Made by a program: the position numbers and the translations under genes. DNA of 64,000 bases from Octopus vulgaris (lineage: Eukaryota): assembly GCA_951406725.2 (NCBI GenBank), contig OX597822.1:51336001-51400000 (forward strand), given 5' to 3'. The notes under the pieces are model-generated. The model made no database searches, was not told the DNA's origin, and worked only from the letters and a program-made list of their open reading frames with translations. Below are positions 1-12,389 of the stretch, one piece after another (within the stretch, counting starts at the first letter, position 1; each line of letters begins with the position of its first letter).

Positions 1-1600
1 ACCACTAAGCCATGCGCCCTCACTCCGCTCTGCTACCGCCTTTATGAATAGGGCATAACTTACCTTCCTTCAGTTTTCTTGGAGGTTTTCCAGTTGCAAG
101 GAAACCCTGAAAGAAGAACTGCAGTGGTCTTGCTAGGACTCTCTTACATACTTTTAGAAGGATTGCTGGGAATCCATCGGGGCCAGTAGCTGAGTTTGTT
201 TTCATTTCATCAATAGCCTTTATTACATCGTCTTCCTTTATATTGATGTAATCATTCATCGCTGCCTCTGATTTTATATCTGCAGTGGTAAAGAAGTCAG
301 TTGGATTGCTGACTTGAAAATGCCCTAGGGGTGGAGTGAAAATACTCTTGAATTGCTCATTTAGTATTTCACTTACCCTCATTGGATTTCCTGTGAGTGT
401 GCCATCCTTTTCAAGGAGTGGCCCTATCCTACAGTGCACCGTAGCTGTTTCTTTAGCATACCTGTAGAAATCTATGGGGTTAGATGTTATGTTGTCTATA
501 GCCCAGGCTTCTTTGTCTGCTCTTTCTTTTTCATGGGAGAGTTGCAGACATTTTTCAATTTCCAACAGTTTTATTTTCAGGCGGGACATTTCACTGCTTT
601 CAATTTGTTTGTTTAGGCGTTTTAAAATTTTAGGCGTTTTAGAAGTTTCCTCTCTCTGGGGATTTTGCTCTTGTGTACAGTGGTCTTTCTCTCTGGGACA
701 CATTTGTAGCATGTGGCTTGCATTACAGACATGAATTGTTGAAGTTTCATGTCTATGTCTGGCGAGGAGAGACATTCAGGCCAGTTTTGTTTGAGGATCT
801 CTTTCTCAATTTGTTTCCAGTTTGCCTTATAGAAGTTCAAGCTGGAAAGATTCTGAGAGTTTCTTGTAGGCTGCATGTCCATACTTTCCTTTGGCCCGTA
901 CATGGTCAGCTCTACCATGTTGTGATCCGAGAGTAGTGTCGGCGTCACTTTCACATTATGGATGAGATCCATATTATATGTGAAGCAGAGATCAAGTATG
1001 TTACCTGCCCAGGTTGGTTGGAGTATTACTTGCTCCATGTACGGAGTTTTGATGAATTTTAGGAGGGACCTTGCCTGTCCTCGTTCACATCGTGTCATTT
1101 CTGGGAGAGAAAGGCCTTCGGGCCATCTGACATTGGTAGATTGAAGTCTCCCATAAGAAGTAAACTTATGTGTTGTTCTAATGTGACTAGAACTTCTATG
1201 TTTATAAGGCAGTCTTCAAACTTGCCTACATGGCTTGGGGCATCAGGAGGGCGATATGTAGTACATATAACTACGCCAAGTTGCCTTATATGTACAATTA
1301 GTGTGTCACACACCGAATTTCAGTATGACAAAAGGACCTGGGGTGTGAGGTCCTCACGGATGTACATAGCAACTCCTCCATGACTCCTTTCTTTTCTGTG
1401 GATCCGTAGTACAACATACTGTGGTATGTAAATTTCTGCATCTGCTATGTCCGGTTTCAGGTGTGTTTCCGTAAGTGCTATGCATAAGGCTTGATTGCAT
1501 GAAACAAAGTCTCTCAAGAACGGGATTTTTGTCCTATTACTGAGTGTTAGCAGACCTCTGATGTTCAGTAGGAGCATCGAGGTGAGGTGTATACTGTTGC
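1..1600 (-). pseudogene. LINE ORF2 (APE endonuclease + start of reverse transcriptase), frameshifted
   Basis: Split over ORFs 1320..1787, 1095..1313, 622..1098 and 20..775 in different frames. Confidence 0.85.
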
Positions 1601-1752
1601 CGGCGGTGTCCACCTTGGGTCTATTTGCTGTGGCGGTCTTGTGTATTGTGGATAGTCCCATCTGCGAGTTTGAGTTTGATGAAGCCAGGTTAGCTGCTGT
1701 ACAATCTTTTGTGCCATGCACAAAAAAAGATTCTTGTTCAGCAGCTGCCCTT

Positions 1753-2499
1753 TCAATAACATGTTGGCGGTTTGTAGCACGCACCACATCTGTTGTACCT
1801 CCGTTTTGGGGCAGGTGGTACGTTGTCCATTCCTTTTCCTTTTGGGAGTTGGTTTCTGATCTGTTTCGTGTTTATGTGGCGGGGTCTTTCATGTGCAAAA
1901 CAGCAGCCTGCACCTTCCTCTCCATGCCAGAAGACACCTTTCAGGTGGAATTTACACATTCGTGTGCGCTGTTTGTTTCTATCCTTTTTGGTACATGGAT
2001 AGTCAGGTTTGCTTCTATCCTCGGCTCTTTCATCTTTTGGTTTTGTTTGAGTTTTAGTTTTTCCTTCTTTGGCTGTTTCATCTTTTGTTTTTCTTTTAGT
2101 TTTTCCTTCTTTTATTTCGTTTTTGGCTCTTTCATCTCCATGGTTTTGGCTTCGGCTTTTGGTGCTGCTAGGAGCACTTGCACTTGGGTTTACTTCCCGG
2201 GCAGGTTTCTCACCTGAATCTTCTTTGTTGCTGTCCTGGGTGTCTACCAAGTGGGGGTAACATCTTTCATCAGCACCTGCGCCTCTATCCTTGCAATCTT
2301 TACTTTGTTCGTTGTCAAAGATGGCATCAAGCGTGCCAATGTGAGATCTTATGAGTGCATAGGAGCGTATAAACTCCTGCTTATTTCGCTCTATCTGTGC
2401 TATCGTCCTTTTATATCCACTGCTCTTCAGCGCTGCTGTAATTATGTTGTTCGGATTATCTCCGTCGGCGCATTGCCAGGCTCTCATGAACAACGCCAA
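1753..2499 (-). pseudogene. LINE ORF1 with Lys/Glu-rich linker and degenerate CCCH-type zinc finger
   Basis: 248-aa ORF directly upstream of the APE domain; motif CKFHLKGVFWHGEEGAGCCFAH resembles a CCCH finger with one Cys lost. Confidence 0.65.
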
Positions 2500-3051
2500 T
2501 TCGTTACTTCTCCAGGTTCTGGATATTTTGGATATTTTATTTATTTATCTATCTAATTATATTTATTTTTTTCATTTAATAGTGCGATAGAGGGTGGAGA
2601 AGAAATAGAGACAAGGAAAGAGGTGTGAGGGAGAGAAGTGAAGAGACAGGGAGAGAAAGAAATGAAAGAGAGGAGGTTATGCAAAAGATTGTGCGGCTGA
2701 GAGAAGATAAGAAGCGAGTGAGAGAAAGTCTATATATTTAGGAAGATTGAGAGGCTGAGAGAAGAAAGATGGAGTGTTAGAGAAAGAGATGAAAGAGAGG
2801 AAGTGATGCAAAAGATTGAGCGACTGAGAGAAGAAAGATGGTGTGATAGAGAGAAGTGAAAAGACAGAGAGATAAAGAAAAGAAAGAGGGGAGGTTACGA
2901 AGCTGAAATAAAAAATGAAAGATTATTAAAAGGATGTAAATTATAGATATATATCTGTCCGTAGCTACAAACGTTTTCTTCTAAACTAAACTAATTGCGA
3001 CTATACTTCTAACGTTCGCGTCTATATATTTAGGGAGATTGAGGGGGCTGA

Positions 3052-3120
<69 letters not shown>

Positions 3121-3122
<2 letters not shown>

Positions 3123-3350
3123 TTATATCTTACCTGTCTTAGTCTTTAAACTGCTGCAGTTATGTCGGAGCCCGCCATTGAAGAATTTTAACCGCAGGAA
3201 TCGAACCTAGTTCTTATTCTTTAAATCCGGTACTTATTCTATCGATATCTATTGCCGAACCGCTAGCCTACAGGGACGTAAACATACGAGCAGCGAACAC
3301 CAAGCGTCTGTGTTTGACACACTCACACACAAACACTTATACACAGAAAC
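3121..3350 (-). mobile_element. SINE 3' half, diverged (same family as 7945-8359)
   Basis: Shares 'gtacttattctatc...gccgaaccgcta...gggacgtaaaca' with 8052-8108. Confidence 0.7.
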
Positions 3351-3363
3351 ATGTATATCTTAG

Positions 3364-3401
<38 letters not shown>

Positions 3402-4162
3402 CAGAGACAGAGAGAGAGACAGAGAGAGAGAGGCGGAAGTAGAATATCTTAGATCACGTATTACATTAAATACCAGAAAACAGAGTACAAAATAAGGAAA
3501 ACAAAAGTCATTTTATAAAATCTTATCCGGAACACCATATTTATACCACAAACACGTTCATATCTTATGTGTTACAGATATTTGCAGCACATTCATTGAT
3601 ATGTATATGCCTTAAATATTTGATGACATATCACTTACTAGATATTTGGGGGTTTGTGAAAACATGGATATGATTAACCTTACGATCTTACGTATTCTTA
3701 CATGTCAAGATATAAAAGCCTACTCATGATGGAAATAGACATGCTATGGACACGTATATTCAAACCCAAACCTAGGCATTCATTTTATTGTTATTTATAT
3801 AGTTTGCTCGGCGTCAAATGTATCGATTATACCTTTGGTACATATTTAGATTTGTAGAATACCACATACCAGTAAACTACATTCTCAACTTGATTTTTGT
3901 ATCTGGTTTGCAAGATTTTTTATGTGAATTCGTGTGTTCAAACAAATTTTGTTGCATCTGGGATGAGTCATACTGCCTTAATATCCAACACACCGGTCCA
4001 ATTTCCACTTATTTTCAACTTTGTCCTGAAAAGTAATTTGAGAAGTTAAATCATCTAGTACATTCGAAATAAAGTGTCAAGATAAAATACACGACTGTTA
4101 CAGGTACCGATTTCCCTTGATCTGATTTACATGATCTCCAAACTTTACTGTACATGCGTACA

Positions 4163-5438
4163 TACGTACCAGAAAGTAACCGGAAATGTTCTCTGTGGGA
4201 AAAGTGCTTTGTAGTTCAGGCTTCCGCTGCTAGAAGACACCTCATGCAACCGTAAAGAATCAGTCTGCCGACGAGCGTTGTTCGGTGTCGTCATACTGCC
4301 ACGTAGTGCGTTTTTGTTATGTACTGCTTCTCCACTCTTCGTCGATTTTTAGGATGACTGAAACGAAAGAACGGCGTGCGTCCATAAAATTCTGTTTGCA
4401 GCCGGCGAAAAGGCCGGCCGAAACACTTATCGTGTCTATAACAGATGACAGGGACGTTGCCATAAGCAAAACAGAATTGTATGAGTGTTTTTTCACACTG
4501 TGGGAATGGTCACTTGTCATTTGACGACCAACCTCTTCAGGGCGACTGTCGACCTCCTGAGCGAATAAAAATATCACGAAAATTCATGGACTGTTCTTGG
4601 AGGACCATCGCCGAACAATTGACGAACTTGTTGATATGACTCTATGTCCTGGATCTTCTGTCAACGAATTTTGAGCGAGGAAATGCAAACGAAAGGATTT
4701 GCAGTGAAATTTGTGCTTCGCTTGTTCACGAAAGATCAAAAACGGTCACAACTGAATGCTTGTCGTTAATTAAAAGAAAAGTTGGAAGTTGATCAGGATC
4801 TTCTTTCGAAGGTCATCACAGTTAACAAAAGCTGGTGCTTCGGCTATGTCCTGGAAACGAAGTAGTAATCATGTCGCTGTCAACACAGCCCATAAAAACC
4901 ACATGAGGTAAACACCAATGTCTTAGCGATGCTGATTTGTTTTATCAATGTGAAAGGAATTAGCCACACAAAGATTGTTCCTCCTGGTCAAACAAGTAAC
5001 CATACAGTTTACTTCACTGTTCTGAAGCATATGCGAGACCTGGCGAGACGAAAACACCCTGACCTGTAGCAAAGCGGAGAGTGGTGGCTTCATCGCGACA
5101 GCGCCTGCGCACACCGCCTTGAGTTTAAGACAGTTTTGGTTCCTAAAATGGCATTACTCTGCTTACCCACCTACTTACTCGATCTTATTCCCCTGAAAGA
5201 TGAAAGTCCTCAAAGAAAAACGTTTTGCAGATGTAGAAGATGTGAAGAAATAATCGACAGAGGTGCTAAACGGCATAATTTCGCAAGGGTTCCACGACAG
5301 CTCCGAACAGTGGAAAACACGTTTTGACCGATTCATTGCTTCAAATGAAGAATATTTTGAAGGCAATACAAGTGAAAATATGTGAAACTATGTGAATGAA
5401 ATAATATTGCAAAATTCTGATTTATTTGGGGTACCCCC

Positions 5439-5441
<3 letters not shown>
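4163..5441 (+). mobile_element. Mariner (Tc1/mariner) DNA transposon, near full length, decayed
   Basis: MTETKERRASIKFC...AET...AISKTELYE (HTH), later 'KVITVNKSWCFGY' (ITGDETW-like), 'HRDSAPAHTA' (HDNA-like) and 'HLPYLLDL'-like segments; ends TACG.../...CCCCGTA; homologous copy at 49456-50304. Confidence 0.85.
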
Positions 5442-5487
<46 letters not shown>

Positions 5488-5506
5488 CATATATATGTAT
5501 ATATAC

Positions 5507-5556
<50 letters not shown>

Positions 5557-5579
5557 TGCATGTATGTATGTATGCATAC

Positions 5580-5679
5580 AAATAAATGAAGGAATGGAGT
5601 TGAACGACGATTTAACAAAATTCCTTTTGTCATAGGAATTTTGTTAAATCGTCGTTCAACTCCATTCTTTCATTTATTT
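5580..5679. repeat. Near-perfect ~45-bp-stem hairpin
   Basis: aataaatgaaggaatggagttgaacgacgatttaacaaaattcct-tttgtcat-aggaattttgttaaatcgtcgttcaactccattctttcatttatt (one G-T mismatch). Confidence 0.9.
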
Positions 5680-5805
5680 ATAGTAAAAATAACACACAAA
5701 TTTCCACACGAAAGCACGTGAATTTGCTACCCGGGTATCGGTTAACCGAATTATCCATACTAGGATAATTCATTCAACTACTTAAATATGTATGCATATA
5801 TGTAT

Positions 5806-7010
5806 GGCATTGTTCAGTTATAAATTTAAGATTTCTTGCTAACAGAGTGAGAGCCGGTTTCTAAGCTAGATCCAAGGCACCTTCATTGGAATTTCAGCAT
5901 CAACAACTGGATATTTACGTTTGTATGTATACATGTATGTATGTGTGTATGTATGTATGTATATGCATGTGTGTATGTATATGTGCAGATTTGTTTCTTT
6001 TGTTTTATGTATGTATTCTCATGCATATAATTGCATATCTAGACATGCTCATATATATTAAAATGATAAACGTCTCGAAAGTTTTACAGATATTTACAGT
6101 TCCAGTGATAGATTGGATATGTAGCCTTCGAAATTAGCTTTCTCCTTTCTGGTTTTGAGAAGCCTAATTTCTCTAGATTGCATTTAGGCAATATGTTACA
6201 TATCCCAGGTTCCCAATAATTACAGGTATAAACCTGCACTTGAAATTTGGATATAGTAACTGCAGATTTCTTAATAATTCAGCGTAGAAATTATCTTTCT
6301 CACTGATTCTTAGCTTCGTAGCATTTCCACAACTGTGCACAGTTTCTCTTCTGTATTGCAGATCATTATATCAGGTCCGTTGTGCTTACATTTTGCTGAG
6401 GTTTTCACTGGCACATTCCACCAGTACTCCTTTTTAATATCAGTTGTTATGGTTTCTACTATGCTATAGGCTCTTATTTCTTTGTCATCGGGGTTATCCT
6501 CCGACAGATATCCTTGTTGAGCGTCCTAGCTACAACGCCATGTCTCATCAGTAGATATACCATGATGACATTTTCGGACAACTGCTTCTGATATGGGTGA
6601 TATCTTCGGTGTTAACTCCACAAATTCTGCCTCTATTGTCAAATTTTATTGTTTTTCCTACATCTGTATTCCTTTTGTGTATCAGGTATATGAATATTTC
6701 TTGTTCCTGGATTGCAAACGCATACCCTTCAAAGTGGGAGGTGGTAATCCGGCTATTGATCCATGATAGACTGTTCTAATGGCCAATGTTACTGTTATCT
6801 CGGATCTTTCTACTAGAATATCCATGCATAGTATTCTGCTTGTATATGCTCATCCTCTCATCTGATGATCCGTTGCGGTAGAGTCGTACGATCTCTTTGG
6901 GCATGTATTCTAGGTTATCAGACACGGAATGTTGTTCAAGGATCTGCTTTAAAAGTCTTATGATGTTATCAGCCTCCTGTATACAAAGTTGGTCAAAGGA
7001 TGCACTTCGA
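5806..7010 (-). mobile_element. R4/Dong-like RLE non-LTR retrotransposon, 3' fragment
   Basis: Minus strand gives EGYAFAIQEQEI, CR-CG...EDITHIRSSCP, RHGVVA, EYWWNVPV...HNGPDIMI (CCHC + PD-(D/E)xK). Tail runs into (CATA)n. Homologous to 51790-53290. Confidence 0.8.
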
Positions 7011-7040
7011 TATGTATCTATGTATTTATATATGTATGTG

Positions 7041-7078
<38 letters not shown>

Positions 7079-7566
7079 CCTTTATTGAAGAACTCAAAAG
7101 AGTTGTCTCCCCTTATTCACAACACAGGAACTGAAGAACCACAATTACTACTACTTCCTGTTTTGCCAACATCCTAAGTTAAACCAAACAACACATGGCC
7201 TTAATCCCATTGGATCCTAATACCTCAAGGTAATTTTTTCGGGAACATTCATTAAACTCAAGATGCACAACGAACTCAATGTATCGGAGTACTTATTTTT
7301 TAATTTTTATACATATTTATTATTATTCTTTTGCAAAAAACAATGCAACTTTTTTTCCCCTTTCTCATTTTTAAAAAAACCTTTTCACCTAACTATTCTT
7401 GATAAGTCAAACTATGACGAAAAGCAGTTGAATAAATATATATTTATATATTTTTTCATTTTCTCATTTCATTAAAATTTTCTTTCAATCGAGCATTCTG
7501 CATTTTTACAATTTTTCCTTGCTTATCATTTCTCCACGTGCGGTCAACACAACCCCACCATTTATT

Positions 7567-7710
<144 letters not shown>

Positions 7711-7721
7711 TATATGAACAA

Positions 7722-7928
7722 CATTCCGTGTCTGATAACCTAGAATACATGCCCAAAGAGATCGTACGACTCTACAGCAACGGATCATCAGATGAGAGGA
7801 TGAGCATATACGAGCAGAATACTATGCTTGGATATTCTAGTAGAAAGATCCGAGATAACAGTAACATTGGCCTTAGAGCAGTCTATCATGGATCAATAGC
7901 CGAATTACCACCTCCCACTTTGAAGGTA
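7722..7928 (+). repeat. ~205-bp inverted duplicate of LINE segment 6724-6931
   Basis: Near-identical reverse complement: cattccgtgtctgataacctagaatacatgcccaaagagatcgtacgactc...ttaccacctcccactttgaagg. Confidence 0.9.
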
Positions 7929-7944
7929 TTTAGAAGTATATTAC

Positions 7945-8359
7945 TCTTACTCTTTACTCTTTTACTTGTTTCAGTCATTTGACAGCGGCCATGCTGGGGC
8001 ACCGCCTTTAATCGAGCAACTCGACCCCGGGACTTATTCTTTTGTAAGTCCAGTACTTATTCTATCAGTCTCTTTTGCCGAACCGCTAAGTGACGGGGAC
8101 ATAAACACACCAGCATCGGTTGTCAAGCAATGCTAGGGGGACAAACACAGACACACAAACACACACACGCATATATACATATATATATACATATATATGA
8201 CGGGCTTCTTTCAGTTTCCGTCTACCAATCCACTCACAAGGCTTTGGTCGGCCCGAAGCTATAGTAGAAGACACTTGCCCAAGGTGCCATGCAGAGGGAC
8301 TGAACCCTGAACCATGTGGTTGGTAAACAAGCTACTTACCACACAGCCACTCCTGCGCC
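7945..8359 (-). mobile_element. tRNA-derived SINE, full length (octopus-type)
   Basis: Minus 5' end ggcgcaggagTGGCTGTGTGGtaag (A-box-like)...GGTTCAGTCC (B-box-like), internal (TA)/(TG) tract, tail ...gactgaaacaagtaaaagagtaaa; multiple copies in the window. Confidence 0.85.
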
Positions 8360-8749
8360 TATATATATATACATATATACATATATATATGTATTGTTTG
8401 GTTTATTGGTATATATATATGTATTGTTTGGTTTATTGCAACTCATTTTATATTACTACTTAAAACAAGTTGAGAAATGTAAAATATGCAACAAGTTTTT
8501 ACGTTTCATCCTACTTGTCTAGAATTATGCACAACTCTCTCTCTGAGTTATATAACTATTTACAGCTTAAAGATTTTTCGCTTTTAACTATGTGACGTAT
8601 ACTTGGAAATAATAATTCACTAACTCTTTCTAAACACTTACACAAATATCAGTGCTCCGTAGGCTTCATTCACTATATGTCAATAACGATATCTAAGTGA
8701 TAGTAGTCATGCATTGTTGTGACTTCAGCGAAAACATAGTTATATCGTG

Positions 8750-11070
8750 TAATTTATAACACGCTTTTTTATTATTATTTTGGGATTCTTATCAATTTTA
8801 TTTGTCTTCTTAAAATATATTTGCGAAGTCACCGTTTAGTCACCGTTTCTATTAATTATACACATTCGTGCTGTTGATTTATTCAATAATTAATAAGTCA
8901 ATAGTTTTAAATATGTGGGTTGTATTGAATAAATACGCAGTTAAATTCTTTGTCTCACTTATATTACACAATGTAACACATGTTTTGTTTATTTGTATTT
9001 TTTAATGTTCATATATGCATTGTTTGCCACTAAATTCAAAAGTTACATCAGTTTTGACGTAACATCGATAGTTATTTATTTATTCCTGATTTCATATTTG
9101 CTCGCTATATTTGTAACTTTTCTCTACAGCGCTTTGTTGGTTCAATCTATTGTAAGGATAATTACACAACATTTAGTACTTTTTCATATATTGAAAGGTA
9201 TTTAGAAAGTATAATATTAGAACAAAAAAAAACAATGAAACTCTGCACTGTAACTGCCTTGATAACACTTTTCTTAAGATGAGAAGAGCTTTGACGATCG
9301 AGATTTTCTGGAGTGTATACCTTCATCACTTCTAACTAGTAACCATATAATATCTCCCATCATAGCAGTAACCCATCGCCCTTGGTATCTTCTTTCCATA
9401 GTTGCCATGTCCTGATGAAATCTCTCACCATGCTCCTGACTGACATCACTCAAGTTTTCGGGGTAAAAATCTAGGTAAGAGTGCAAAACATGAACCTTTA
9501 AGGACATACGACAACCCATTTCCTTGAAGTTTTCAATAAGCTTTGCTACCAGCTGTTTGTAATTAGGATCCTTGTGATTTCCTAGGAATCTACGGACTAC
9601 ATCACGAAATGCACACCAAGCTTCCTTTTCGACATTTGTCATCGCTTTTTCCACCCTTGATCTTAGCCTCAGATAGCTATGGAAACATAAGACAAATTTC
9701 TTGAGAAGCTTCTCCTCTAAAGTCTAAGACCTTTACAAACTGTTTTACGAATCCGAGTTTGATATGAAGTGGAGGTAATACGATTTTGTTGGAATCTACT
9801 AGAGGCTGTTTGAGAACATTTAACATTCCTGGCTGCAGTTCCACTCGTGGAGGACAATGTACTCTCTTGTAATGATAATCATCAGCTCTACTGTCCCATC
9901 CCCCTTTTAAGCCAATCAAAAAGGCAAGCATCTTGAAATTACCATAAGCATCCCACTTGAACTCAGTGTGATTCATTTTGTTGAGAATTTCTTTGACATT
10001 ATCTTAATTTTCTTTCTTCTGTATAGAGTGCGCAAGAAGCAAAGAAGGATATTTATTTCCATTGTGGAGCAACACTGCTTTGATAGTTCGTGTTGAGCTA
10101 TCTATGAACACGACATTCTGCAGAATCATGTTTGAGTCCAATAGAAGTAAACAAACCAATCACATCTTTACAATAACACAGATTATTAATATTTTCATAG
10201 TAAATTTCAAATTATTTATGGCGTTTCCGTGTACACAGATGTCTTGCAATTTTCCCCCAGTAGATTACTTGATGAAAGTTCAGCTCCTGACCTAGTAAGA
10301 ACCATATCCTTGATTAAATCATCTAGCTCATTATGATTCGGAAAGTGAAGCTCCGAAGTTGTTCTTGGTACGAAAGCTTCCTTCATTTCTTGGCTGCTGA
10401 TACTTGTTGACTCTTCAGATGAAATATTTTCTGGTGGTAGTGGTACTCGTAAACCATCATCATGTGGGACAGGTGCTCTAGATGATGGTGTGTCTGGATA
10501 CTGAAGAGTTTGACTTCCTTTCACTTTTCTGTACTTTGTCACATCGATCATGCAAAAGTGACAGTCATCGTGATGATCCTTTGACTCTCTCCATACCCTT
10601 GGAATGGCAAAAGGCATTGGCCTTCCTGTACCTCTTAACCATCCTTCTAGTGTAGATCGACAGCTTCCAAATATCACGTGTGCTGCCCATGGTTTGTCCT
10701 GGTCACCCATGGGCATTCCGAAATATAGTATGTACGCTATCCACAATTTGGCACTTTTCATGATCTTATGTAATACCTGGGGTTTTTTTCCAGTACATTA
10801 ACCACACACATAGCAAAATGTATCTGGAGAAATTTTACATACTCTAGTAGCAGAACTTAGTAATTGGTCTGAAACAGAAAATTAGACATACATTTAGTAG
10901 CGGAACATTATAACAATACCGAATATATAATAACATTGAAAGTCGATATATTTTTTAACATTTAATGATACACAAAAAATAATTTCATTTTTGGAATCAG
11001 CAGAAAAATGGATTGATAATCAATAAAAAAATATAATACAATAATTTTTTTTTGAAAATTGTTACGTTGT
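8750..11070 (-). mobile_element. Chapaev3-type (CMC superfamily) DNA transposon, decayed; boundaries approximate
   Basis: Contains the transposase remnants at 9274-10850; AT-rich, weakly inverted flanks. Confidence 0.6.
9274..10850 (-). pseudogene. Chapaev3-like transposase pseudogene
   Basis: Motifs SPDTFCYVCG, YFGMPMGDQDKPWAAHV, MPFAIPRVWRE-KDHHDDCHFC, LPPLHIKLGFVKQFVKVL, MSLKVHVLHSYLDFYPENLSDVSQEHGERFHQDMATMERRYQGRW; several frameshifts and stops. Confidence 0.8.
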
Positions 11071-11762
11071 ATGTACACGCATGCGAATACAAGCACGCAC
11101 ACGACAAAAGCAGAAACGCATATATATCAAAATATGTATTGTATGTATGTATGTATGTATGTATGTATGTATGTATGTATGTATGTATGTATGTATGTAT
11201 GTATGTATGTATGCATGCATACATGGATGCATGTATATATGCATGCATGTATGTATGTGTGTATATATCTATTTATGTACGTATATACATATATACGTAT
11301 ATTTACATTCGCAAACGTACTTGCGTATTTACGTAAAAAGTATAGAACCACCTGTATTCACACCACACACTCACAACCAAACGTTCCATTCATACACGTA
11401 CATGTGCGTGTCTGAATATGTGTGTGTGTGTGTTTGTCTGTGCGTGTTTGTGTATCTGTGTTTGTGTGTGTGTGTGTGTGTCTGTGTCTGTGTGTGTCTG
11501 TGTATGTGTGTGTGTGAGCTCCTTCATTGCGATCTCTATGCATCTTTCTTGATTGCGATCTCTATGCATCTTTCTTGTCACTCCCATATCTGACATTTCT
11601 CAGAAATCTTTTCTCAGGTCACCACTGTTACACCGCCATAGAATTGTCAGTACAGGATTATTCTTGTTCAACATGAGGACAGGTCTCTGGTGTAAAATAT
11701 GTGGTATCATATGTTACTGGTTATCTCTCTTCGGCTTGAATCGGCAGTATTAAATCTGACGG

Positions 11763-12075
11763 ATCTAAATATATAAAGCTAAGAATGTGTGTGTGTCTAT
11801 CTACCTCTCTGTCTGTGTGTATGTATGTGTGCATCACTAAAATTGGAGAACTACCAGATCGATTTCATTCAAAATTTACACATACCTTACTTAGGATCCA
11901 CGCAGTGTCATATGCCCCCAAAATTTTCAACTGCCTCATGCAAGCGCAGAGCAATTTCTTATGTCTTAAACCATTTCAGTATTACGTGTCAAAAATGAAA
12001 CAATATCATCTCTATTGTAATGTGAGATAATACTTCCAGTTTAAAAATTTCACTAATAATACTGAAACTATTATC
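11763..12075 (+). mobile_element. Probable Helitron-like non-autonomous 5' fragment
   Basis: Starts aTCtaaatatataaagctaagaatgtgtgtgtgtct..., followed by 'ccagatcgatttcattcaaaattt', a layout typical of animal non-autonomous Helitron 5' ends. No 3' end seen. Confidence 0.35.
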
Positions 12076-12389
12076 TCACATCTACGAGCATACAGACACA
12101 CACACAAAAACGTGTGTGTATATGGGTTCGCTTCGTATGTTGTATGTATACATATGTAGTTTAATTTGTTTATTTTATCTATCTCTATATCTTATATTTA
12201 TCACAGGTGTTTGACATATATATTATATATTTATTTATTTACTCATTATTTTTAAATACATCTATCCCTATTTCTCATAAGTAGCATAGGTTAGTGCATA
12301 TATGTCTATTTTGTGTGTATTAAACTGTATGTTTCTGTGTATTATTTCCCCCCTCTCTTCTCATCCCAACTGTTTTTAGTCATATCGTG

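Larger units (their letters stand above)
1..3050 (-). mobile_element. CR1/L2-group non-LTR retrotransposon (5' part; runs off the window start), decayed
   Basis: Successive minus-strand ORF fragments: APE endonuclease motifs (LLLNIRGL, IALTETHL, GGVAMYIRE, TYRPP, LMGDFNLP, NILDLCFT, SDHNMV), then an RT N-terminal motif (SATGPDGFPAILLK...PIHKGGS). Upstream ORF1 and purine/pyrimidine-biased 5'UTR (2560-3050); 5' boundary approximate. Confidence 0.85.

Noticed and set aside
1495-2217. 240-aa plus-strand hydrophobic ORF
   Set aside because: Antisense shadow of the Lys/Glu-rich LINE ORF1.
5333-5635. ORFs rich in [16 protein letters not shown] (here and at ~7.5, 11, 13, 30.5, 45, 48.5, 53, 56-57 and 60.8 kb)
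   Set aside because: Translations of (TA)n, (TG)n and (TATG)n microsatellites, which lack stop codons; not genes.
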